Part shown: in pieces, positions 39,255 to 61,669 of the stretch
How the letters are laid out: every line of letters begins with the position of its first letter
How positions within the stretch are numbered: the stretch's first letter is position 1
NCBI RefSeq assembly: GCF_009914755.1
Contig: NC_060946.1
Direction: 5' to 3' (one strand)
DNA length: 64,000 nt
Source: the human T2T-CHM13v2.0 reference genome, Homo sapiens
Program-made: the position numbers and the translations under genes
The notes under the pieces: model-generated
What the model was told of the DNA's origin: nothing
What the model saw: the letters and a program-made list of their open reading frames with translations, nothing else
Database searches by the model: none

Positions 39255-40646
39255 CTCCTTGATCTATGAGCTGCAGAATGGATGTTGTATTAGCAGACAG
39301 GAAAACAACATTAATCTCCTCGTATCATCATTAGAGCTCCTGGCTGACTGGTTACATTGTCAATGAGCAGTAATATTTTGAAAGGAACAGTGGGCTTAAA
39401 ATGTTCGATAACTATGCTGTCAACAGATGTGCTGTCATCCAGGCTTTGTTGTTCCATTTATAGAGCACAGGCAGAGTAGATGTAGCATAACTCTTAAGGG
39501 CCCTAGGATTGTGGGACTGGTAAATGAGCATTGGCTTCCACTTAAAGTCACCAGCTGCTTAGGCCCTAATGAGAGAGACAGCCTGTCCTTTGAAGCTTTG
39601 AAGCCAGGCATTGACTTCTCCTCTGTAGCTATGAAAGTCCTAGATGTCATCTTCTTTTAATAGAAGGCTGTTTTATCCACATTGAAAATTGTTGTTTAGT
39701 GTGGCCACCTTCATCAGTGATCTTAGCTAGATCTTCTGGGTAACTTGCTGCAGCTTCTGTATCAGCACTTGCTAGCTTCGCCTTGCACTTATATGTTATG
39801 GAGATGGCTTCTTTCCTTCAATATCATGAGCCAACCTCTGCTAGCTTCAAACTTTTCTTCTGCAGCTTCGTCACCAATCTCAGCATTTATAGAATTGAAG
39901 AGAGTTAGGGCCTTGCTGTGGATTCAGCTTTGGCTTAAGGGAATGTTGTAGCTGGTTTGATCTTTTATTCAAAGCACGGAAACTTTCTCCATATCAGCAA
40001 TAAGGCTGTTTTGCTATCTTATCATTTGTATATTCAGTGGTATAGCACTTTTAATTTCTTTCAAGAACTTTTCCTCTGCATTCACAACTTGGCTAACTGG
40101 CACAAGTGGCCTAACTTTCAGCCTTTTGGCTTTTGCCGTGCTTTTCTCAATTAGCTTAAGCATTTCTAGATTTTGATTTAAAGTGAAAGATGTGCGAGTC
40201 TTCCTTTTACTTGAACACTTAGAGGCCATTGTAGGGTTATTAATTGGCCTAATTTTAATATTTTTATATCTCAAGGAATAGGGAAGCCCAAGGAGAGGGA
40301 GAGAGACAGAATGGCTAGTCAGTGGATCATTCAGAACACACAGAACTTTATAGATTAAGTTCACTGTCTTATATGGGCACAGTTCATGGCACCCCAAAAC
40401 AATTACTATAGTAACATCAAAGACCACTGGTCATACATCACCATAACAGTTATAATAATAATGAGAAAGTTTAAAATATTGCAAGAATTACCAAACTTGA
40501 CCCAGAGACATTGAAGTGAGCACATACTGTTGGCAAGATGATACCAACAGACTTGTTTGATACAGGATTGCCACAAACCCTCAATTTGTAAAAAACGCAG
40601 GATCCATGAAGCACAAGAAGATGAAGTACCATCTGAGGTGTGTCTG
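39255..40646 (-). mobile_element. Tigger1 DNA transposon, 5' ~1.4 kb including left TIR and decayed transposase
   Basis: MASKCSSKRKTRTSFTLNQNLEMLKL (ATG at 40229 on the minus strand) and ATEEKSMPGFKASKDRL match Tigger1/TIGD1. TIR-like end followed by TA at 40647-40648. Confidence 0.92.
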
Positions 40647-40756
40647 TATTTTCTTCCATGCTGTTAGGTGTCTTCATATAACCTAAGTTTTAAATTTTGC
40701 TAGACAATAACTTAAATTAAGTAATTTTAGAACATTATAAATTACTTCCCCCTTGA

Positions 40757-41010
40757 AGGATCGCTTGTGATTAGGAGTTTGAGACCAGCGTTGGCAACAT
40801 AGTGAGATCTTCTCTCTATTAAAATTTAAAAAAAAAAATAGCCAGGCATGGTAGCAATCCTCCTACCTCAGCCCAGCTACTTGGAGGGCTGAGGCAGGAG
40901 GATTACTTGAGCCGGGAAGTTGAGGCTGCTGTGAGCCATTATTGTACCACTGCACTCCTGCCTGGACAACAGAGCAAGACCCTGTCTCCGAGAAAAAAGA
41001 AAAAAAAAAA
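40757..41010 (+). mobile_element. AluJ, 5'-truncated
   Basis: Diverged Alu consensus with A tail. Confidence 0.8.
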
Positions 41011-41477
41011 TTTACTTCCTCTTGATTATAGAACTTTCCCATGTATCAGGTTGATTAAATGGAGATAATTCAAACATTAAGTCAGTTATTCCATGCCTCT
41101 TGGATTCTTCTATGTTTACCTTAATATATAGAGAGAAATATATATACATACAAATAAACTAATAATTTGAAGTTTTTTCCATTTACTTGGTACTTAAAAT
41201 GCAGGGGGAAATATGATATAGGATGGTTAATCATACATTAGGAAAATTCTTTTTGTACACTTGACAGTCTTGGCTACAAACCCAATTCTCTGCTTTCTCA
41301 TTTCCTATCGACACTTCTTTGATGATACATATGTATGGCTTGTGGGAGGCAGTTGGCTTTTGTTTCCTGTGAGACAGATATCTATCTGTTCCTTCCCTTT
41401 AGAAGCAAAGAGGATACTGGTTCTTTCATTGCAAGATCTGTAAGTTAACATTGGACAGCCTGAAATGCATAATCTTT

Positions 41478-41778
41478 TGTTTTTGTTTTTGAGACAGAAT
41501 CTCACTCTGTCACCCAGGCTGGAGTGCAATGGCACAATCTCGGCTCACTGCAGCCTCCATCTCCTGGGATGCATCTCCATCTCCTTCTCCTGCCTCAGCC
41601 TCCAGAGTAACTGGGATTACAGGCACCTGCCACCCCGCCCAGCTAATTTTTGTATTCTTAGTGGAGATGGGGTTTCACCATGTTTGCCAGGCTGGTCTTG
41701 AACTCCTGACCTCAAGTGACCCACCCTCCTCAGCCTCCCAAAGTGCTGGGATTAAAGGCGTGAGCCACTGCACCTGGT
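41478..41778 (-). mobile_element. AluS with 19-bp TSD
   Basis: TSD ctgaaatgcataatctttt on both sides. Confidence 0.9.
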
Positions 41779-43211
41779 CTGAAATGCATAATCTTTTAAA
41801 ACTGAAAGCCATATCTAATAGTGTTCTTAATTTGTCAAGAATCGTATGAGAAGTGCCAGTGCCCTTTGCCTGTCTAGCTATAAATGGATGATCATGCCCA
41901 TCCTTTGGAGCCAGCAGTTTTGGTTCTGTCCTTTGGTCTCTGACTACTCACAGTCTGCAGAAAAGAGCAGGTTGTGACACTTGACTAGTTTATGAGAGCA
42001 GAAGCTGTTACGTGACACTTAGCACATACTGCTCCCAGAGGCCCCAGATGGATCATTAATGCTTGGAACGTGCGTGCTTTATGAAGAAGCCGTCTAATCA
42101 ACGGAGATAGATTCCCTAATACCCATATCATCTTTCGTTAACTCTCTTAAGAGTCACCCTAAAATTACTGTGCTGATCACTGTAATTTCATTAAGCATCC
42201 ATTACAAAACAAGCCCTTATGAGTTTAGCTTTTATTTAACAAATACATTTTTCTCTTTTAACTTGTGCCCTGCCATTTATCATACATTGAAGCTTTAGAA
42301 TAGTAGAATATTTGTGTTGAAAACATCTTGGCATTCTGGTTTATTATCAGGTTTACAGATCTGGGACTGAAACCCCCACAAGGATAAATGGCTGCCTCAA
42401 GGCTGTTTTGTGAGTCCAGGGCATTATGTAACCAGCTTTCAGTACTATTGCTTTAAGGGTTGGGTCTTCCTTTTTTTCTCTTTTTTAAAAATTAGTGCCT
42501 CTGTTTATATACAATTATGTTTTTAATTTAAATATAGGGCTAACTCTAATAATTTTTAAGTGCTTATCATGAGAAGTGGTAATCCAGTTCCCTGCTTCCT
42601 TATCTCTAAAATTTCTGCTGTCCAGAGACAACCACTTTTAATTTTTTTAGCCGTTGTCTTTAGGGTTTGATGGTACAAGGTTGATAATACAAGAATAACC
42701 AACTGGAATAGGGAAAGTATTTATACTTTCAGTAAACTTTTCTTTGGTTTTAGATTTTATATCTAAGAGCTTGTGTTGCATCACTGTTTTCTTGCCCTGG
42801 AAAACCCTAACTGAATGTAATCAGGATGCCCCCAAAGGTTGATTTGAGAGCTTTATTTTGAATGAAAAATCTCATTGTTTTCTGATAAAATGCTAGACCT
42901 AGAAATGGATTGGTTAAATCTAAAGAATAATGAAATCACTTAATCTAGTACAAAATAGTTTAAATAAATGAACAAAATATTTTAGTGCTGCCTGAGGTAA
43001 TTTAATCTCAGATTAACATTGAGAATACAGTTTTATTGGGGGATGTACTTCATTAATATGTGGGCCACTGAAGAAAAGATTGGATATTCCTTACTGGAGA
43101 TAAGTGGAATTAAAAGAATTAATGGGTTGGACTGGTTTAGCAGGCGTATATTTATGTGTTATGCTTTACTTGAATTCTAAGGTTTTTTTCCTAATATAAA
43201 AGCTAATAATT

Positions 43212-43521
<310 letters not shown>

Positions 43522-43699
43522 TTATCAAATAGTAAGTTCTGTGTCAGGTAGTGTGCTGAGTGTTTAAATAGAAGTTAGGAAATAAAAATAGTTTCTATTC
43601 TCAGGAAGTTTATAGACTAGTCAGTAAAAAAAAATCAGTAATTAAAACTCAGTAAAGTAAAATTTTTGTTTATGGTTATAAAAGAATATCAGACCAAAT

Positions 43700-49130
<5,431 letters not shown>

Positions 49131-49309
49131 AATTAAGGAAAAAATTTTTTTGGTATTTTCAGGAATGTTGTCGCCCCAATTATCTGTGGTTTTGAGGTTT
49201 TTATGTCACATGTTTCTGATATTTTACACTTCTTCATTTATTCCAGATGATTTATTAAGATTCATTAGATTCATTTTCTTTTCTATATAAAACAAATAAT
49301 TTATAATAC

Positions 49310-50380
49310 TGTATTTGTTTTCTATTACTATTGAAATTACTACAAATGTAGTAGCTAAAACAACACATATTTTTCATCTTAGAATTGTATTGGTTAGAAG
49401 TCCAACATGGCTCTTACTGGACTAAAATCAAGGTGTCAGCAGAGCTGTGTTCTTTTCTCAAGCTTTAGGGGAGAATCTATTTCCTTGCCTTTTCCAGCTT
49501 ATAGAGACAGCCATGTTTCATGGCTTGTAGCCCCTTCCTCCATCTTCAAAGCCAACAACAACTGGTCAAGTTGTCACATTGCATCACTCTGACCATAGGT
49601 TATCTGCTTTTAAGGCCTTGTGTGATTTGATTGGGTCCACCTGGACAATTCAGGATCCTCTTCCTGTTCTTAAAATTCTTTTTTTATTATTATTATTATT
49701 ATACTTTAAGTTTTAGGGTACATGTGCACAACGTGCAGGTTAGTTACATACGTATACATGTGCCATGTTGGTGTGCTGCACCCATCAACTCGTCATTTAA
49801 CATTAGGTATATCTCCTAATGCTATCCCTCCCCCCTCCCCCCACCCCACAACAGGCCCCTGTGTGTTATGTTCCCCTTCCTGTGTCCATGTGTTCTCATT
49901 GTTCAATTCCCACCTATGAGTGAGAACATGCAGTGTTTGTTTTTTTTTTGTCCTTGCGATAGTTTGCTGAGAATGATGGTTTCCAGCTTCATCCGTGTCC
50001 CTACAAAGGACATGAACTCATCATTTTTTATGGCTGCATAGTATTCCATGGTGTATATGTGCCACATTTTCTTAATCCAGTCTATCATTGTTGGACATTT
50101 GGCTTGGTTCCAAGTCTTTGCTATTGTGAATAGTGCCGCAATAAACATACGTGTGCATGTGTCTTTATAGCAGCATGATTTATAATCCTTTGGGTATATA
50201 TCCAGTAATGGGATGGCTGGGTCAAATGGTATTTCTAGTTCTAGATCCCTGAGGAATCGCCAAACTGACTTCCACAATGGTTGAACTAGTTTAATCACAT
50301 CTGCAAACTCTCTTGCCATGTAAATAAACATGTTCATAAGTTCCAGAGATTAAGACATCAACAGCTTATGGGCCTACCAC
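49310..50380. mobile_element. MLT1 LTR interrupted by an L1PA 3' fragment
   Basis: ggactaaaatcaaggtgtcagcag...ccacctggacaattcagg | ttaatcacatctgcaaa continues across the L1. Confidence 0.8.
49680..50293 (-). mobile_element. L1PA4-like 3' fragment (~0.6 kb) with (TAT)n tail
   Basis: Reverse complement of ~35790-36383. ORF 49903..50337 matches the ORF2p C-terminus. Confidence 0.95.
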
Positions 50381-50712
50381 AGATATCTTATAAAAGTTAA
50401 CTTCTGAGAGTTGAGTTTCTAAGATTTAGTTGTGTTATTTTTTTTACAACTCCCGTACCATACAACTCACCAAGTTGGACAGTTCAGTGGTTTTTAGTAT
50501 ATGCACAGAGTTGTATAATCATCATCACAATGAATTTTAGAATATTCTTACCACCTCACAGCCCTAGGCAGCCACCATGGGTTTGCCTGTCCCAGACATT
50601 TCATGTAACTGGAATCATTTGTGGTCTTTTGTCACTGGCATCTTTCATGTACCATATTTTTGAGGTTCTTCCACGTGGCATGTGTTAGTACTTCACTCCT
50701 TTCTATAACTGA

Positions 50713-51015
50713 TTTTTTTTTTTTTTTTTTTTTTGGAGACAGAGTTTCACTCTTGTCACCCAGGCTGGAGAGCCAATGGTGCGATCTTGGCTTACTGCAA
50801 CCTCTGCCTCCTGGGTTCAAGCGATTCTCCTGCTTCAGCCTCCCAAGTAGCTGGGATTACAGGTGCATGCCACCATGGCCGGCTAATGTTTGTATTTTTA
50901 GTAGGGACAGGGTTTCACCATGTTGGCCAGGCTGGTCTCAAACTTGACCTCAGGTGATCCACCCACCTCAACCCCCCAAAGTGCTGATTACAGATGTGAG
51001 CCACTGTGTCTGGCC
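50713..51015 (-). mobile_element. AluS within an antisense L1M relic
   Basis: Alu consensus. Confidence 0.85.
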
Positions 51016-52454
51016 AATAATACTTCTTAGTTTGTTGTTTGCCTTTGGTTGATTTGCCCTAAAATGGTAATTTGTGACACTTTTGTCCAGGTTTATATTT
51101 GTGTTTGTGGGGGCTTTCGGGTTTTTTTTTTTTTTAGGGAAAGGATCTATCTACCTCTTTGCTCTACTGCAGCCAGAAGTTTCCTAGCATGCGTCATTTT
51201 GGGATTCTTTTTTATTTTCCCTACCCTCTTTCCTAAGCAAGGAAAAGAAGTACTTACCTTTATTCTCCCAGAATTGTGTGTCCCCATAGATTGAAGAATC
51301 AATAGAGTGAGAACTAGTGAACAGATAAAAATAGCTCAGTCCTTCACAGCTTCCTTTGTAATAATAGAAATAGGAGACAAATAGGAGAAAAAGGAAGTGC
51401 TCTTTATAAATTGTATGAAGTATTAAGTATGGTACTTGCTACCTGCACAACCCAGGCATGAGATTAGCACTTGGTGTTAGTCACACCCCCTTAGGCCACT
51501 ACTCATTGCCACCATTTCAAAGCCTGTGGGTTGAGTAGATTCTTATATAAAGGTGACTTTCCTAACCTAAAGAGATTGGGCCCAAAAGCACAAGTTTCTT
51601 CTGATTCTTCCTAGACACTACATACTGGAAAAGACAAGGGAATAGAGACGCTTCCTTTTCACATGTCATCCCTCTTTCCCTTATGTGTCCAGCCTTGAAG
51701 GGGAATGTTATTTCTACTCATCCCCTACCCCAACCCTTAAAAAAAAAAAAAAAAGAGGACTTTAGTTTCCTCTCTGGAAAACATTCCAGAATGCCGCTCT
51801 TCCCCTGATCCTTCCTTTTCTCACCCTTCCACCTTCCTAGCGTCCTCTCTCCATGATCAGAGTTAGGACTGGGCTAGGGGTGTGTGGCATGAGAAAGGTT
51901 AGAGAAAGCTGGGAGTTCTTCCAGTAGACAGAATGCTGTTAAAATAATGCATTAGGAATTCCTCATAGTCCAAGCAGAGCTTAGTTGGTTTAATTTCCTC
52001 TTCTATAACTGGAATCTTAGGTCACAGGAATTACTTCCCAGAGTTAAAAAATAAAAAAAGGTGCTGGCAGTAGATAAGAGTTTTGATCTGAATCAAATCT
52101 AGGTTGAAAGTCTAAATCTTTTCATTTTACATTGTCACTTGCATGGAAACTAAGTATACAGAAAGATCTTATTGTTTGTAAATATCAGTGTGTTCCAGGG
52201 GTTAAAAATACTTGAACAAAGGGGAACAAGAATGGCCAGCCTTGCGTCCCACCCATTCTTTATGTGGACTGTGTCTACTCATAAGTTCTCCACAGTGAAG
52301 CAATAAAAACTCCTGGAGTCTAATCATTTTCTGTCCTGATGACAAGGTATCTTCATCCCGAAGGCTCAGCGGTTGGCCAAGAGCTTCACATTTCTTGGAG
52401 CCACCGGGGAATAGAAACAGCTTGTATCTCAGGGCTCTTCTTGGGCCTGTGTTC

Positions 52455-52778
52455 CTTTTTTTTTTTTTTCTTTTCTTTTTTTTTTTTTTTTTTTTTTTTT
52501 TGAGTCAGAGTCTCACTCTGTCGCCCAGACTGAAGTGGAGCGATCTCGGCTCACTGCAACCTCTGCCTCCTGGGTTCAAGCGATTCTCCTGCCTCAGCCT
52601 CCTGAGTAGCTGGGATTACAGGCGCATGCCAGCAAACCCAGCTAATTTTTTGTATTTTTAGTAGAGACGGGGTTTCACCCTGTTAGCAAGGATGGTCTCA
52701 ATCTCCTGATCTTGGGATCCGCCCGCCTTGGCCTCCCAAAGTGCTGGGATTACGGGTGTGAGCCACTGCGCCCGGCCG
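52455..52778 (-). mobile_element. AluS(c) with long T tail
   Basis: TSD gggcctgtgttc. Confidence 0.9.
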
Positions 52779-54299
52779 GGCCTGTGTTCTTTACTGCACA
52801 CAGCAGAGGTTAATTGATGGCTTTTCTGTCCCAGTGAAGTGAAAGAACTCTTTCCTGTTTTCAGGGCATTCCTTTTAATGTCAAACATAGCAGCTGGGAA
52901 ACAAAGTTTTCCCAGAATCACAGTGTACTTACTGCATTCTGTTTAAACATGATCTTGATAGCTACTATTAACATCTATTTCCAGAAATTTCAGGGCTGTA
53001 ATTTTAAAAATCAGTTGCTTAGTGCCATTACCATAAATGAGTTTGATCAGTGTGTTTTGTGTGTGGTAGATGAGACTACTCAGTCAAGGCTTTTCTCCCC
53101 TGGATGACACAAATTAGATCCTCCCAAACAGGGGAAGGAGTGGAGGCCTTGTATACAGCACCAGTCCTTAAATGCTCATTTCACTCCCCTCACTGTGAGC
53201 ATTTTTCAGAGCTGCATTCAGGACCGGTACATTTGGATTTGGAAAGAGAATTAGGAATGGTGCCCTGGCGGAGGCATGGTCTGTTGGCAGCAACAGCAGT
53301 AGCTTGGATGTACCTGTTGTTACTTCACCAACTAGATGGGCTACTGGCGGTGGGCAGACCTAAGCAGTTTGAATGGAACTCTACAGGGTTGTCTTCCCTT
53401 TAGCTCAAGGTTTTGTTCCTTTTTCTTGCATTCTTTTTCCATTTAACTTCCACTAATGACATGGAGAAAACCTGCCGAATGTAATAAAATGGTTTGTTTG
53501 CCAATGCTCTTGTTTAGCTTTAAGATAATTGTCTCAGGATGCATTTCCTTAGATAAAATGTGAAATACTTCATGTGAATCAGCACCCACATTCCATTCTC
53601 AGAAGTTAGAGGAAGTCAGACTTGAGACAGCCCCTAGAAATCACAAACCCAGGGCTTCCATTTCACATCTGCAAATCAGAAAGGTGCCATGCTTGCCTAA
53701 GACCATACAATTGGCTCTCCAAGCTCCCAGCCCCAGGCTCTTTCCACTGAGCTGTCCAGCCTCCACGGCAGTGTCCCAGACTCTTCAGTAAGTTTCCAGT
53801 AAGTAGGTATTTTTATTACGAGTAATGCTGAGAAACAGAAATCAGATAAGTAACATTTTCAAGAGCTGCCTAATTATTTTGCTAAAAGCAGAATCATTAA
53901 ATTCTCTGGGTCAAATAATCTTTATGTATCATCTCAAATAACAGGCACAGTTCTTGACTTCCTTGCATCATGAGAAATCATTGTTTTCTTGTGCTTCATC
54001 CACTTTGGATGGGATGACAACATAAGGATGTGGCCTCCACAGACAAGTTGGAGTTCAACAGGTTGATTTCATTAGATACATGATTGCTCTGGATTTTCAC
54101 AAATGAGTTTAGCCTGAGGTCATTCTGGCAATTTATGGTGACCTCTCCATTTGAGAAGCAGGTTATTTGTAAAGATGCCCTGTTGCTGCCTCATGATAAA
54201 TGATTATGGGAAGGGTAATTAGCCATTAGACAACATAGGGCGGGAGAGAGAGAAACTAGTTTCCTTTCTGAATGCACTCTTTAGATTCAGTAGAAAAGA

Positions 54300-54810
54300 G
54301 GCTGGTTATCTATAAACACCACCCAAAACTTAATGGCTTAACATAATGACGTCTATTTATATCCTGAGTTTACAGTTTGGGTGGGGCTTAGTGGGGATAT
54401 CTCATCTCATCTCATCTCCGCTCTACTCAGCTCAGTGCCACTGGAGAGGTGGAACTAGCTGATGGCTCCCTCCCTTACAGGTCTGGTGGCTGTTGGCGGA
54501 GACTTTCACTAGACCTGTGGCCAGAGCACTTCTATGTAGCCTCTCCAATATTTGGTCTGCGCTTCCTCAAAATGTGGTGGCCACATTCCAAGGACAGTTG
54601 TCGAGAGGGAGAGACAGGCATAAGCCACCCCACCTTTGATGACACAGTCTTGGAAGCCATGCAGCATCTCTTCTACCATACTGTTTGTCAAGGCAGTTAC
54701 AAGGGGAAGGGAAATAGGCGCCACCTTTTGATGGGGCATAGGAGGCTTCTGAAGAAGATGTGGGGCCAGAAATACTGCTGTGGTCATTTTTGGAAAATTT
54801 AATCTGCCAC
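54300..54810. mobile_element. MLT1-type LTR
   Basis: cccaaaacttaatggcttaac... and ccatttttggaaaatttaatctgccaca motifs. Confidence 0.65.
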
Positions 54811-55249
54811 AGAGACTGTTATCTCTTACTTAAGTAATTAGAGAAGCTAATAATGTGACAGTGACCTGACAGAACCTTATGATGCTTTTTTAATGTTGCC
54901 TCACAAATGAGAGGGAATCTGGGTAGATGAGGCAATATGAGGGTGAGATTAAGTGGTGGTGTAGGGAAGAATGCTACATGATGTAAGCCAGGTGTGTTTG
55001 CAGCTGCAGGACTTTCTAGTGATTCACCTAAGATTTAGCTTATACCCTGGAACACACAAGATGACTTTCTGCCAGTTAGCGTCCACCCAGGATATCTTCC
55101 ATCAGACATCAGCTTTTGACCAGGGTCCCTTGGACTGTGCCTGGACTGTATCCAGTTCTGCCATGGTTTATACCTGTACTACATTCAGTTAAAAAGCTCT
55201 AAAACAGAGAGAGCCTGTGTGGTACCTAAATGTGTTTGTGGCCTTGGGC

Positions 55250-56950
<1,701 letters not shown>

Positions 56951-57003
56951 CTTAAGTTGGGAAGGTTGCATGTGATAGAGTGAAGGATTTAAGAGCACCT
57001 TGA

Positions 57004-58198
<1,195 letters not shown>

Positions 58199-60891
58199 TC
58201 AAAGAACTTTCAAGATTATTTCTGAAACATATTATTATTTCCAGGCCTTTTAAAATTCTGCCATTTCCAGGGAATAATTTAACCTTTTCAACACTCCAGT
58301 TTGTGATTAAAAACACTCATTTACTGTACTGCATAGAAGTTGCGTTTCACGTGGCCTCTGTACTTCTGCTGCCATTGTGTCCCTCCATAGGGTCCTCAAC
58401 GCTCTTTATCTGGCTGTACCCTACCCTACTGTGTTTTAATACCAAGGAAACAGCAAGAAAAGCTGGTAACCAACTCGTATGTAAAACAAAACCCAAAAAA
58501 ATAAGCATGGGGTCAGGAGTGAAGTGCCACGCAGGGCGCTCTGCTTGAACACCAGCTCTTCTCTGGGGTCCTGGTGACGGTCCTGTCGTCACTTTCTTCC
58601 AGTGGTGGTATCTTGTTATATTTGGTCCAAAGTAAAGTGTTTTATGGTTCCCTTCATCATTTATTGCACTAAAGGAAAAAGTAAGTAAACTATTGAGCAC
58701 TGAGTTGAGGGCTCTGGAGAGAAGTACAGGAAGGTGGTGCCACAGGTGTGCACCTTTTTTAGTTGTTTTGCCATTTTCCCTCTGCCAAAACAGTATCTAG
58801 TAGGTGTAGAAACGAATACACCGACAGAGTGAAAAGAATGCTTCAGTTCCTTCTGTAAGCAATAAAATAAGTTCATCGTAAGGTGAGCACACTATATTGA
58901 GCATCTCTTTCCTGATATCATTTCCTTCCTAAGCTCCTGCAAGACCATGGTGCATTTCATATCCAGGCTGCTGTACTCAGATGGCCTGGATGTCCCAGGT
59001 CAGACTAAATGCACTGCCTGTGATTTCAGAAATAGGAAGTGTTGTGCCAGGGAAGACCAGTTGTCCTTTTAGGCTCCCGTTCTGTCTCAGCCGGTGTCAG
59101 GTGCTTGGAGGGTGAGGTTGGGTGGGTGATCTTCCTCTGAAATACCAGTACCAAGACAATAATGATGCATTCAGAAAGTGCATAAGGTTTCACCATTGAT
59201 GCAGTGGTCTAAATCTTTTTGCTTTGTATTAAATTAATAAAATCCTATAGTCTCAGTTTGGTAGCTTATCCTTTTTTATATAAGTTATATTTTTCAAATA
59301 TTAGTATTTGAATGAGTCCAGATATATACTTTGCCCATCCTGTCTGCTTCATATTTTTTTTAGCAGACCTCATTTTTAGAAGTGAAGCCTGTTTTTTTCT
59401 TTCTCTTTAAATTCTCTGGACTTTGTTTCTGGATGGAGTTTTCTTACACCAGTATGTTATTCAGCAAACCTTTGTTTGCCTGAAGAGTGTGCCAGGTTTA
59501 CCATTCAGCACTTGGTCAAGATTAAGGTCACCCCTTTGGAGCTTGAGAGAGAAGCAGAGTCATGTAAGTGCAGTACATTGCAGTCCACATCCTGGAGACC
59601 CTGTGACAGAATTTTCTGTGGCTGCTCACAGAGCCATCAGATCTTCATCTTTGGCCACATGGCAGGATCTCCTGAAATTTGGGGGTACTGGCTAGAGAAA
59701 GGGACTCAGGAACCAGCATGGCTGTCTTCTGGTATTCAGAGGCCTCTCCTGGGGCCAAGGGAACACTCTTGTGTTTCACACTTTTGTGTTGTAGAAGGTG
59801 GAATCAACACCATCTCAGGGGCAAAGAGCAGGGATCGGGGGAGAAGAGGACAGGATGTGTTGAGCTTCAGCTGGAGGGCCTTACAGATGTCATTTTGTTA
59901 AATCTTCATCATTATTTTTTCCATTGTGCATATGAGAAGAGTGAGACTCATACAAGTTAAAAACGATGTGCCCACAGTCCTACAGGCAGTACAAAGTGCC
60001 ACCAACAATCAAAGTGCAGATCCATGGGACTCTGAAACCTAGGATACTTTGGCCACACCACTCTGCTTTTCCAGTGATCTACAGAGACATGGCTTTCAAA
60101 TCAGTATAAAGAATTTCCAAGGACTTATAATGGAGGAGGAGTCAGCCTTGAAGCTTCTTCCTGTAACCACAAGGTTCTAGCATAAACTAAAGAGGCCTTT
60201 CTCAGAGAAGGCTTCTGAACAGTGTTTCTGTGTAAGTCATGGCTGGTGACACCACTCAGATTCCACCACATTCATCTCTCTGAGCCTGAAGACACAATTG
60301 GTGACATTTGTCCTGAGGGTAAATTAAAGAAGGCCCCCCTGGATGTTTTGGAAGGCCTAATTAGTTTCTCCTCAAACAATCCAGTTCCCCTAAAGAGGCC
60401 AGGAAAGCTTTTGGGGGTTAGGATGAGGACACGATTCTGCACCGTTACCTCCCTTCCTCCCTCACCCAGTCCCTTCCTCAGAGCATGCACCAGGGCAGAT
60501 CTTGCTTGAGGATTTCCACGAGGGTCTTTTTCAGTTGAGATTGCATTTTAGTGAGTAATATCCCCTGCCAAAGCTAAACTAAATCTGTGGGAAAAGACAG
60601 TAATCATTCCTAAGCTGCTAATAAAACTGCTCACAACATGCTCAGAGTTCATCAGTTAGCTGTGACCCAGCCAGTGGCTCTTGCCTGACACCCATCTCTG
60701 CCTGGTGGCAGTTTCCTGAGTTATCAGAAAGCAGACATCATGATTCCTGTGTGCTTCTCCATGAAACGTCTCCCTCTGGAGGGGTTTATGGGGACATTAA
60801 TCCCTAGCTCTTAGGGTGACATTGGCTGACCAATTATTTTATTCTGAACTGTCCCCTCAAAATAGGTTCATTTGACTAAAAAAAGTTAAAG

Positions 60892-61192
60892 CGCCGGGCA
60901 TGGTGGCTCACGCCTGTAATCCCAGCACTTTGGGAGGCCGAGGCGGGTGGATCACGAGGTCAGGAGATCGAGACCATCCTGGCTAACATGGTGAAACTCC
61001 ATCTTTACTAAAAATACAAAAAATTAGCTGGGCGTGGTGGCGGGCGCTTGTAGTCCCAGCTGCTCAGGAGGCTGAGGCAGGAGAATGGTGTGAACCTGGG
61101 AGGCGGAGCTTGTGGTGAGCTGAGATCCGCGCCACTGCACTCCAGCCTGGGCGACAAAGCGAGACTCCATTTCAAAAAAAACAAAAAAAAAA
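60892..61192 (+). mobile_element. AluY
   Basis: CpG-rich AluY diagnostics. TSD aaaaaagttaaagc. Confidence 0.92.
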
Positions 61193-61669
61193 GTTAAAGC
61201 ATATTAAATCCAAAACATACTATAGATTTTGTTTTTGTGAAGCTTCAATATAGTTGAAGCTATATCTGAGAAGTATGCTTGCTACTTTGAGCATATGGGG
61301 CAACGTAGTTGTGGTTAAATATGGCTGCTTCTCCCACAGAATCAGGGATGGCTTCCCTTTCTTGGGAATAGCCATTTACAGAGGATGACATATATCAGGT
61401 TCCTTTTGCCATACCAGAGGTACTCAGTTTCAAGCTGACTGATACCCTGCCTCCTACCCTTAGCTGCCTGTTTATTTTTAAGAAATATATCTATTTTTAC
61501 ATTTTTAAAGCAGAGCTGTAATAAATTCTCATAGAATCCATGCTCATGCATCATCTGAGTTTTAATGTAACTTCTCAGTAAACACTCCAGGATAATTTAG
61601 TTGTTTATGAGATCCACCTAGTGTATAGAGTTACTGGGCATAAACTGTACTTCAGAACATCTGGCAGCC

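Noticed and set aside
40014-40427. 137-aa ORF resembling TIGD1
   Set aside because: Decayed Tigger1 copy with broken frame, not a domesticated gene.
51252-51335. Minus-strand AAG|GTAAGT donor with a possible short antisense exon
   Set aside because: Isolated signal with no promoter or partner exon, within chance expectation.
58347-58700. 117-aa antisense ORF with a minus-strand acceptor-like tract near 58670
   Set aside because: No recognisable homology and no convincing partner donor.
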